64,000 nucleotides of DNA from a bacterium. GTDB taxonomy: Bacteria; Babelota; Babeliae; Babelales; RVW-14. The stretch covers positions 4,957 through 68,956 of the forward strand of contig JBDRBF010000041.1 of the NCBI GenBank assembly GCA_043822925.1, read 5' to 3'. Positions 25,311-33,312 of this stretch are shown piece by piece. The notes under the pieces were generated by a model. That model did no database searches. It had not been told where the DNA came from and saw nothing but the letters and a program-made list of their open reading frames with translations. The position numbers and the translations under genes are program-made. The first letter of the stretch is position 1. Each line of letters starts with the position of its first letter.

Positions 25311-26849
25311 ATCGGGGAGGAGAAGCTCGCGCAAGCGGGCTTCGTCCTCCCACACCACCGTACGTACTCATCGTATACGGCGGTTTCTTCTAACTTTTTT
25401 TTCACAAAGATTCGAAAATCTCACAAATACTTATAAACCCGTTCATTCTCCACCATTCAACACCCATAGCTTTATGTGCTTGTGGGATAAGAGCTAATCG
25501 CCACCATCCATTTCCAGATGTTGCCGCCATCCAGGCTCTCGCCAGTCTAATGCCGCGTTGTATCAACATTGTTGCAATTGTCTTTGCTCTCTTTAATTGT
25601 TTTAGTCGATAACAGCGAAGTTTATGCCGAATCCATCCATCAAGTTCTTTCAATGTGCTTTCGGATTCTGCATACCTAAAGTATCACATCCATCCAGGCA
25701 AAATAGTGTTGATTTCTCGAATCACCTCTTCCAAACTCTTTCCACGATTTCTCTTTGTTGCCGCTCGCATTTTATCTTTGAATCGCTCGATACTTTGTTG
25801 CGCGATTCTTAAGATGCCTCTACGATCAATACGATAGCCAAGAAACTTCCGAGCCCCTACCGGGAGCCACCGTGCTTTTCTTCTGGTTGATTTTCAGCCT
25901 GAGCTTGGTTTCTAGAAATTCTCTAATTGATTGCATTACTCGTTCTCCTGCTCTTTCTGATTGCACATAGATATTACAATCATCTGCGTAGCGACAAAAT
26001 TTGTGTCCTCTTCTTTCTAGCTCCTTATTACCCGAGACATGAGAATATCGTGATTTACCCGATCAAAGAATTTCGCTAGATCAATATCAACGACCCATAG
26101 TCGATCCTCACGCACATATTCTTGTGCCTGTTTTATCGCTTGATGGGCACTTCTTCCAGGCCTAAATCCGTAGCTTGAATTTGAAAAAATATTGTTCGAA
26201 TATTGGAGAGAGCGCTTGAAGAAGCGCTTGTTGAACGAGTCTATCAATGACCGTCGGAATACCCAAGTCTCTTTGACCACCTCCTGGTTTTGGTATGCTT
26301 ACACGTTTTACCGGTTGCACTTTATACCTATCGCCCAAAAGAGAGTCTACTAATTCTTGTTCATTCTCAACGTACCATTGCTTCAGTGTATTAACGGTCA
26401 TTCCATCAACGCCAGCGGCGCCTTTGTTTGCCATAACACGCTGCAGAGCCTGCCTCAAGTTATCCCTTTGGCAGACTACCTCCATTTTTTTTCCGCTACT
26501 ACGGCTTCTGCTAACTTCTCTGCAACATCTCCATATTGTTGCCAATATAGCCGCTTAGTTTTACTCAGCTATTTGCAAAAATCTCCCGGGGTAATGCACA
26601 CTTCCTTCACATCGGCTCCACTGGATTTACTACCACGATATACGAGTGACTATATGGCTTCTTCGTCTATAGCCGAATTACCTATCGCGTAGGCCTTATA
26701 TCCAGTTTCTGTTCGTTGGATCCATGTTTTCGTCGTCAGCTTCCTTCAGATTTTACCTCACGGTGAACACCATTGCCTAGACGTAGAGTTCCGGTCACTC
26801 GGTCTGTGGGAGACTTTCACTCCTGGAAAGTGCGCCATGCCCGGCACAC
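25311..26849 (-). mobile_element. Degenerate group II intron (class C-like); boundaries approximate
   Basis: The minus strand starts GTGTGCCGGG at 26849. It encodes RT/maturase fragments. A domain V-like hairpin lies at ~25354-25385 (ACCGCCGTATAC...GTACGTACGGTGGT, with CGC in the triad position). A GC-rich domain VI-like hairpin lies at ~25314-25351. G+C is visibly higher than in the flanks. Confidence 0.75.
25402..26545 (-). pseudogene. Group II intron reverse transcriptase/maturase, disrupted
   Basis: Fragments: ...QRVMANKGAAGVDGMTV...IPKPGGGQRDLGIPTVIDRLVQQALLQ; then a frameshift; ...YGFRPGRSAHQA...VVDIDLAKFFDRVNHDILMSRV; a stop plus loss of the segment that normally carries the PQGG/SPLL block; ELERRGHKFCRYADDCNIYV; an in-frame TGA at 25684-25686; and the maturase tail LDGWIRHKLRCYRLKQ.... 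Confidence 0.85.
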
Positions 26850-26882
26850 TAATAAAAGGGCCCGTAATTTCTTACGGGCCCC
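26850..26882 (-). terminator. Intrinsic terminator of the 26955-27704 gene, abutting the intron 5' end
   Basis: The minus strand reads GGGGCCCGTAA-gaaa-TTACGGGCCC, followed by TTTTATTA, then the intron GTGTG. Confidence 0.7.
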
Positions 26883-26954
26883 AAATTAAAGACAAAAACT
26901 AGGAAACCAGGATAATAAAAAAAATATATACTTCACGTATTAACGTGTATAAAT

Positions 26955-27704
26955 TTATGCGCCAATATATGCAGGAAACACAACTTTAAAAAGCCCGCAA
27001 GCTTTTCCAAATGCGTCATACATAGCAGCAGTCATGGCAGTAACTAAAGCTCCAGGGGCTTTATCTATAACAAAATTAACATCAAAATTTTTTACGACAC
27101 GCTCTTGCAGCCTCGTTAATTTTTCTTTTAAAACAGGCGAACAACATTTAAAATTCACACAATCTTTCAATGTAGTTTTTAAACCAATAAGAACATTTTT
27201 AGTAATATTACCTGATAAATATGCCAAATATGGCACCAAAATTTTTGCCAGATTTTTTGTTAAAACAAAAGCATTACGTACATTAAATAAACCAAGAGAT
27301 AGATAAGTAAAAAGAACCACCATTAAAAATGCTTTAATAGCAAAAATAAATTGCGCCGTATTTATGCTTATTTTGTCAGTCTCTCGTATTTTATTATACG
27401 TTTCTTTAATAACTTCACGCGTAAGCTGACAAACGTCTTTAATCTCACTAAATTTATCAGAAACTTTATTTTGAATACTTTTTTCCAAATCAAACACAAA
27501 AGAGACTATTTTCTCAAATGTGCTATGCAAGCGCAGAGCACTCTCTGGTGTGATATTTTTTTCAAGATTAAATTCTCGAGTAGTTTCTTGATTATTAAGC
27601 ATAACGTTATTATTTTGACAATTATTAATCGATAAACAGATGATATTAAAAAGTAAAAACATACTTAAAAAAGGTGCATGTGTGCGCAAATAAGATAATG
27701 ACAT
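26955..27704 (-). CDS. Hypothetical membrane/exported protein
   Basis: 249-aa ORF with an N-terminal hydrophobic segment (FLSMFLLFNIICLSI), an internal TM (FIFAIKAFLMVVLFTYLSLGLF) and its own terminator. No recognisable family motif. Confidence 0.5.
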   Translation of the reverse strand: MSLSYLRTHAPFLSMFLLFNIICLSINNCQNNNVMLNNQETTREFNLEKNITPESALRLHSTFEKIVSFVFDLEKSIQNKVSDKFSEIKDVCQLTREVIKETYNKIRETDKISINTAQFIFAIKAFLMVVLFTYLSLGLFNVRNAFVLTKNLAKILVPYLAYLSGNITKNVLIGLKTTLKDCVNFKCCSPVLKEKLTRLQERVVKNFDVNFVIDKAPGALVTAMTAAMYDAFGKACGLFKVVFPAYIGA

Positions 27705-27828
27705 AATATAACCCCCTATTATTACTTAAAACCCATTTATAGGACAACTTTAAGTATAACAAATTGGCCAAATATGTCAAATAGGCAATATAGTATGATT
27801 TTAGGGTCCCTAGGTGGAAAAATAAAAG

Positions 27829-28068
27829 CTATATTTTTTCGGGTATTTTTAATAATTCGATTTTGCGATAAAGCGTACTCCGGCTAATACCAAGCATCTT
27901 AGATGCTACAACGTAATTATAATCAGTTTCCTGAAGCACAAGTTCAATAAGATATTTTTCTATTTCACCTATAATCAGTGGGTGTATATTGCCCTGGCCG
28001 TCTTTACCAATGCCAATGACCATCTGTTTTACTTCTTTTTTTAACAAATCATAGAGCGATACTGACAT
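27829..28068 (-). CDS. Fis-family small DNA-binding protein
   Basis: 79 aa ending in the Fis-type HTH NYVVASKMLGISRSTLYRKIELLKI. Confidence 0.7.
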   Translation of the reverse strand: MSVSLYDLLKKEVKQMVIGIGKDGQGNIHPLIIGEIEKYLIELVLQETDYNYVVASKMLGISRSTLYRKIELLKIPEKI

Positions 28069-28086
28069 AAAAACTCTCCCCCTACA

Positions 28087-29082
28087 CTAACTGGCCGTAG
28101 ATATAGACATGGTTAAAAAATGTTTACAATACATCAGATCTAACGCACCAGAAAAAGTTGTCCCCTTTTTAAAAGCAAAATCAATATCATACAAAAATTG
28201 ATGCAGAGATGTTAAATAATTCACATTTACACGCTTATAGTCACGGTCAATATATGAATGTGGCAACCGATAACCAACACGTCTGGCTTGTACAAAGTCT
28301 TTATCATACAAACACTTAGTAACATGATAAGCCTGCCAAAACTGCTCAGACCAAAAAGCTAACCAAAACATATCTGAATACGAATCTTTTATTAAAGCCC
28401 AGAGTTTAAAGAATTGTTGTGGCTTGCTTCCAAAAAAATACTCAGATAACTGGAATAATGACGGCTCGGCAGAAATACCAGCAGATAAATATATAAAAAA
28501 TTCGTCAGCAAACTTTACATTTATAAGTTCAAGATATTCGCATAAGAAACAGACAAAATCCAACTGAAGCTCTTTACTTTGAGCAAAAAATCGTTTAACC
28601 AATTCATATTTTTCTGAAGAAAAATTATACCCAAAAAATACTGCTATAGATTTAAATTCTAAGAACGTTACAGTAGTTTTGATATCGATGCGCGTAAATT
28701 GATTATTTTCTAATTTCCTACCCGAAACAAGCTTTGTTTCTGAAGAAAGAAAAAAAAGTGCAGTATTTGGTCCCTGATAATTTATAAGCAAATCTATTAT
28801 TTTTTTTTGAGCAGCTGCTTTTGCTTCAGAAATATCACCAAGCCAATAAAAACTATACTGGCCCAAGATACACTGATTTAAATACATGCATAATTGATCA
28901 TAGTCAGAAGAAATATGTGCTATCTTTTTAATAGAACAAGAAAGTATGTTTTTTCGCTCTAAATATCTAAACAGCAAAAAGAAAAACATATATGGATAAC
29001 TCTCACCTTGAAAACAAAAAGTTTTTTTTGTAGCCCAAAAAGATTGCTCTTTAGCTTCTTTTAAAAATTCGTTGAGATTCAT
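28087..29082 (-). CDS. Possible DNA polymerase III delta subunit (HolA-like)
   Basis: The 331 aa size fits. The position immediately after an LptE-like lipoprotein gene matches the proteobacterial lptE-holA arrangement. Sequence similarity is weak (N-terminal ...TFCFQGESYPYMF). Confidence 0.4.
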   Translation of the reverse strand: MNLNEFLKEAKEQSFWATKKTFCFQGESYPYMFFFLLFRYLERKNILSCSIKKIAHISSDYDQLCMYLNQCILGQYSFYWLGDISEAKAAAQKKIIDLLINYQGPNTALFFLSSETKLVSGRKLENNQFTRIDIKTTVTFLEFKSIAVFFGYNFSSEKYELVKRFFAQSKELQLDFVCFLCEYLELINVKFADEFFIYLSAGISAEPSLFQLSEYFFGSKPQQFFKLWALIKDSYSDMFWLAFWSEQFWQAYHVTKCLYDKDFVQARRVGYRLPHSYIDRDYKRVNVNYLTSLHQFLYDIDFAFKKGTTFSGALDLMYCKHFLTMSISTAS

Positions 29083-29108
29083 TGTTTTGTTTTTCTTTCA
29101 AAAAGTAC

Positions 29109-29744
29109 TCATGCTGCCGTGTCAGGCGAAGCCTGGAAACTTGCCTGCCTCGCCGAAGCTACACAAGAGCGTAGGCGGGTCGAAACATCGAAAGGCTTGC
29201 CCACAAAAGCATCTTTTAAATATGGTCTAAAATATTGTTCAATGCGTGGCACTGACCGTTTCATAAGCTTTTCATATTCAAAAATCAAGAAACTACTCGT
29301 AAGGATAGGATTTCTTGGTTTACATATCAAGGTAGAAAAATAAAATGTCTTTTCAGTAACAAGCTTTCGAGCAAAATTATATAATTGGCAGTGCAATTCT
29401 AATTTAACTTCCAGATGAAAAACAAGAACGTCTGGTGAAACATACTTTTGATAGGGATCTATTTTTTTAATTATCGTCTTCAAAGCGTACCCATTATTTT
29501 CTTGGCATGCAAGCGTATACCCAACTTTTTGAAAATGCTGAAATAACGCCTGATACATAAGAGGGGCAACGTTTTCAAACACAAAGTTACTTTGCGGCAT
29601 ACTTACAAAAACCGGAACATATTCGTGAGATTTGATACTCGTCGATATAAATGTTTTTTTATACACACACGAAGAAAGAGAGAGAAGAAGCGCTAACGCT
29701 AATAATAAACAAGAAACTAAAGTTCGATTTTTTAATATACACAT
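29109..29744 (-). CDS. Lipoprotein, possibly LptE-like
   Basis: Lipobox LLLSLSS|C after a hydrophobic leader, ~200 aa. Synteny with the holA-like gene. The start is set at MCILKN (29744) to avoid overlap with rph. The 3' end runs into a GC-rich patch. Confidence 0.4.
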   Translation of the reverse strand: MCILKNRTLVSCLLLALALLLSLSSCVYKKTFISTSIKSHEYVPVFVSMPQSNFVFENVAPLMYQALFQHFQKVGYTLACQENNGYALKTIIKKIDPYQKYVSPDVLVFHLEVKLELHCQLYNFARKLVTEKTFYFSTLICKPRNPILTSSFLIFEYEKLMKRSVPRIEQYFRPYLKDAFVGKPFDVSTRLRSCVASARQASFQASPDTAA

Positions 29745-29751
29745 AAATTTG

Positions 29752-30663
29752 CTAAAATTTGCCAATACGTTTACCAAGACTAAATGGCGCTACTTTAGCA
29801 TCAAAAGCTTCTTGTTCTGATTTTACCTGAGATTTTTGTTGATTTTGCTTTTGCTGGTAATTTTGTTTTTGTTGGCTTTGCTTTGTTTGATAAGCAGGTT
29901 GTATTTGTTTATTTTGATACAAAAGCGTTATGGGATGAAAATTCGTAGGAGCAGGAAACTGAGAACAAGAATCAAAAAGATCTTGAGCCCCTTTGATAGC
30001 AAGAACTTTAAAAGCATCAAAATGTTCCCATGCCAGAGGCATTTTTTCAGCCGTCCCCTGAATTTCTATTAATTTTCCAGATTTAGTTAAAACAAAATTA
30101 AAATCAGCATCAGTATTGTTATCTTCTTGACAGCACAAATCAAGACAAGAAATCCCGTCAAGATTGCCAACAGAAATCGCCGCAATAGAATCTTTAATAA
30201 CAGAAGCATCAAAGATAGAAGCTTGGATCCAGCGCTGACATGCAAGATTAAGAGCTAAACTCGCAGCTGTAATACAAGCGACACGGGTGCCACCATCAGC
30301 TTGCAAAACATCGCAATCGACAATAATTGTTTTTTCGCCAAGTTTATCTAGGTCGACAATAGATCTTAAACTACGACCAATAAGGCGTGAAATTTCAACG
30401 CTACGAGCATTTCTTTGTTGTTGCGTAGATTCTCTATCGCTACGCTTATGCGTCGAACAGGGGAGCATTGCATATTCGGCAGTAAGCCAACCAGTTTGTT
30501 GTCCTCTTAAAAAAGCGGGTACACCAATTTGCAAGTATACAGATGCCAAAACTTTTGTATGGCCGATAGAAAAAAGAACGCTCGCATTGGAGTATCCTAA
30601 AATATCATATTCCAAAGAAATAGGGCGCAACTGATTAGTTGCGCGCCCATCTATTCTTAACAT
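29752..30663 (-). CDS. rph: Ribonuclease PH with a Q/K-rich C-terminal extension
   Basis: Motifs RIDGRATNQLRP, TAEYAMLPCST and DCDVLQADGGTR. About 60 extra C-terminal residues (QTKQSQQKQNYQQKQNQQKSQ...). Confidence 0.92.
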   Translation of the reverse strand: MLRIDGRATNQLRPISLEYDILGYSNASVLFSIGHTKVLASVYLQIGVPAFLRGQQTGWLTAEYAMLPCSTHKRSDRESTQQQRNARSVEISRLIGRSLRSIVDLDKLGEKTIIVDCDVLQADGGTRVACITAASLALNLACQRWIQASIFDASVIKDSIAAISVGNLDGISCLDLCCQEDNNTDADFNFVLTKSGKLIEIQGTAEKMPLAWEHFDAFKVLAIKGAQDLFDSCSQFPAPTNFHPITLLYQNKQIQPAYQTKQSQQKQNYQQKQNQQKSQVKSEQEAFDAKVAPFSLGKRIGKF

Positions 30664-30674
30664 AAAATATCGAT

Positions 30675-32771
30675 TTATTTAGGTTCTACGAGACTGAGAC
30701 GAACTCTACCGGTGCTCTTTTCATAAGCAACGACTTGAACTTTGAGTTTGTCACCAGTTCTGTAGTTATCATTAAGATTTCTTTGTAAATCACGTGGTAT
30801 CGAAGATATATGAACTAACCCTTCTTTACCCGCAACGAGTTCAACAAATAAACCAAATTCAGCTACTTTTTTAATTATGCCTTCGAATTCAGAACCAACC
30901 TCAATTTCACCGACAAGAGTTCTGATCCAAGCTTCAGCAGCTCTTGCAGACTCTGTACTGTGAGCATATATATTTATTGTTCCATCATCTTCGATATCAA
31001 TTTGTGCTTCAGTCTTAGCAACAATTTCTTTAATATTTTTGCCACCAGGCCCGATAATAGCACCAATTTTATCTTGAGGAACTTTCATTGTAAATATTTG
31101 AGGAGCTAAGTCTGAAATCTTATCTCTTGGAGCGGTCATTGTTTTTCTCATCTCTTGCAAGATGTGAAGACGACCAACTTTTGCTTGAGTTAACGCTTTT
31201 ACCAAAAGATCCTGAGATAGCCCTATTTTACTTTTTACATCCAACTGAAACGCCATGATACCATGGTCTGTTCCAGTTACTTTAAAGTCCATAAGACCAA
31301 GAGCATCTTCTGTACCGAGAATATCGGTAAGAATATGATAATTGCCCGATGAATCTTTAATCATACCCATTGCAACGCCACTGACCATTTCTTTAATTGG
31401 CACACCAGCATCCATGAGAGCAAGCGTTGTTGCGCAAACTGTAGCCATTGATGATGAACCGTTAGATTCTAAAATATCAACGACAGCACGAATCGTGTAT
31501 GGGAAACTTTTTTGATCAGGCAAAACATTCATAAACGATTGCTCAGCTAAATATCCGTGTCCTACTTCACGTCTTCCCACTCCACGCATAGGCTTTACTT
31601 CGCCTGTTGCAAATGGCAAGAAATTATAATGAAGCATAAACGAACGTTCAATTGTTCCACCAAGAAGAGTATCTACTTTTTGAGCATCTTGAGCGGTTCC
31701 AAGCGTAAGACTTGTAATAGCCTGCGTTTCTCCACGAAGAAAAGTTGCAGAACCGTGAACACATGGAAGTAAACTTACTTCAGATGTGATCAGTCTGACT
31801 TCCTCAAAATTACGCATATCGATGCGTTGTTTTTTCTTGGCCATAACGTTTGGCATAACTTCTTTTACAAGTTCACCACAAAGATATTTAATTACTGACC
31901 CAGAAACAATTCCTGCTTCTATTTCTTTATTAAAAGTAGCAACTATCTCTGACTGCAATGCATCCAGAGCAGCGCTGCGCTCAGACTTTGTCTTACCAAA
32001 AACATTTTCTATAGCTTGCTCAGAGACAAGAGCTTTAACTTTAGTCGTCCAACCTGCCCAATCAATACCATCACCAGCGCTCATCTTTTCTTTTCCGCAC
32101 TCTTTTTGAATAGCTAACTGCCACTCAACTTGTTGCTTAATAAGATCATGAGCTGCCAATAAAAGCTTGATAAGCTCTTCTTCTGGAAGATTATTACAAT
32201 AACCTTCGACCATTGAGATACCTGTTTTTGTTCCTGCAATAGTAACCAGAGTATCTGAAGAAGATATTTGCGTATGACTTGGATTAAAATGCCATTCGTT
32301 AGCAATCCTGCACGCTTGAACAGCTCCAACTGGATCTAAAAATGGGATGTCAGAAATCACCAAAGCTAAAGATGAACCTATCATCGCCAGAATATCTACT
32401 GGAAAATTACCATCTGAAGAATACACAGTGGCAAGAACTTGAACTTCATTAAAAAAATCAGATGGAAAAAGAGGACGTATTGGACGATCAATAAGACGAG
32501 ATGTCAAAACTTCTCTATCAGACAGACGGCCCTCTCTCTTCAAATAACCACCCGGAATTTTACCTGCAGCAGAAACAAGTTCCCGATACTGTACAGATAA
32601 TGGGAAAAAGCCCATAAAGTCTTTTGGTTCTGAAGCTGCTACCGCTGTTGCCAGGACAATATTTTTACCGGATTTTATCCATGCTGCGCCATTTGCTTGA
32701 CGAGCAAATTTACCGATTTCAACTTCTAATCCTAACTCTGGAAGGCTAAATTTCTTAAGCATAATACTCAT
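30675..32771 (-). CDS. pnp: Polynucleotide phosphorylase
   Basis: Two RNase PH-like domains, a KH motif (GPGGKNIKEI) and an S1 domain (GIIKKVAEFGLFVEL). 698 aa, downstream of rpsO. Confidence 0.96.
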   Translation of the reverse strand: MSIMLKKFSLPELGLEVEIGKFARQANGAAWIKSGKNIVLATAVAASEPKDFMGFFPLSVQYRELVSAAGKIPGGYLKREGRLSDREVLTSRLIDRPIRPLFPSDFFNEVQVLATVYSSDGNFPVDILAMIGSSLALVISDIPFLDPVGAVQACRIANEWHFNPSHTQISSSDTLVTIAGTKTGISMVEGYCNNLPEEELIKLLLAAHDLIKQQVEWQLAIQKECGKEKMSAGDGIDWAGWTTKVKALVSEQAIENVFGKTKSERSAALDALQSEIVATFNKEIEAGIVSGSVIKYLCGELVKEVMPNVMAKKKQRIDMRNFEEVRLITSEVSLLPCVHGSATFLRGETQAITSLTLGTAQDAQKVDTLLGGTIERSFMLHYNFLPFATGEVKPMRGVGRREVGHGYLAEQSFMNVLPDQKSFPYTIRAVVDILESNGSSSMATVCATTLALMDAGVPIKEMVSGVAMGMIKDSSGNYHILTDILGTEDALGLMDFKVTGTDHGIMAFQLDVKSKIGLSQDLLVKALTQAKVGRLHILQEMRKTMTAPRDKISDLAPQIFTMKVPQDKIGAIIGPGGKNIKEIVAKTEAQIDIEDDGTINIYAHSTESARAAEAWIRTLVGEIEVGSEFEGIIKKVAEFGLFVELVAGKEGLVHISSIPRDLQRNLNDNYRTGDKLKVQVVAYEKSTGRVRLSLVEPK

Positions 32772-32847
32772 ACCTCACTAACAGCTACCAATATGGATAA
32801 ATCACAAGCCTAACAAAAGCGAGTAACCAAAAAACAAACTATTTAAA

Positions 32848-33123
32848 TTAAACAGCGCTGGTTGTTTTTTTCGTAGACTTCAAACAGCTCTCATAAAGAG
32901 CAAAATTTGTATTTTTTAAATATTTAAGTTGCTTGTTTCTTTTGCCAACAAGCCCAATTAAACCACGACGAGAGTGCGTGTCTTTAGGATAAACTTTTAA
33001 ATGTCCTGATATTTGCTCAATACGAGCTGTAAAAATAGCTATTTGAACTTCGCTTGAACCTGTATCGCCTTTAGTTCTAGCAGCTTTTGCCACTATGTTG
33101 CTTTTCTCTTCTTTACCTAACAT
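32848..33123 (-). CDS. rpsO: 30S ribosomal protein S15
   Basis: Motif DTGSSEVQIAIFTARIEQISGHLKVYPKDTHSRRGLIGLVGKRNKQLKYL. Confidence 0.93.
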   Translation of the reverse strand: MLGKEEKSNIVAKAARTKGDTGSSEVQIAIFTARIEQISGHLKVYPKDTHSRRGLIGLVGKRNKQLKYLKNTNFALYESCLKSTKKTTSAV

Positions 33124-33226
33124 GTCTATTATCTCCGAATTACAAGTAATTTTAATCTAACTGGTCTAATAATTATTATAACGACTTACACATACGTTAG
33201 CAAACGCCTCGGTTTACTTAACAATA

Positions 33227-33302
33227 TGGTAGGCACGAGCGGACTCGAACCGCTGACCCTTGCTACGTCAAAGCAATGCTCTACCAACTGAGCTACGCGC
33301 CT
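33227..33302 (-). tRNA. tRNA-Val (GAC)
   Basis: Hand-folded cloverleaf: AGGCGCG/TA/GCTC..GAGC/A/TTGCT-TTGACGT-AGCAA/GGGTC/AGCGG-TTCGAGT-CCGCT/CGTGCCT/A/CCA. Confidence 0.9.
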
Positions 33303-33312
33303 ATCAAATACC

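Noticed and set aside
25684-25686. The in-frame TGA in the RT/maturase (…ILPGWM*YFRYAE…) might indicate UGA recoding (Trp or selenocysteine).
   Set aside because: The same ORF also has a frameshift and an internal deletion, so simple decay explains it. TGA terminates the LOG-family gene (371-373), so there is no evidence of a reassigned UGA in this window.
25624-26692. Four plus-strand ORFs (60-111 aa) across the intron region.
   Set aside because: The minus strand here translates to unmistakable group II intron RT/maturase segments (GVDGMTV, YGFRPGRSAHQA, YADD, maturase tail). The plus-strand ORFs are antisense artefacts of a GC-richer element.
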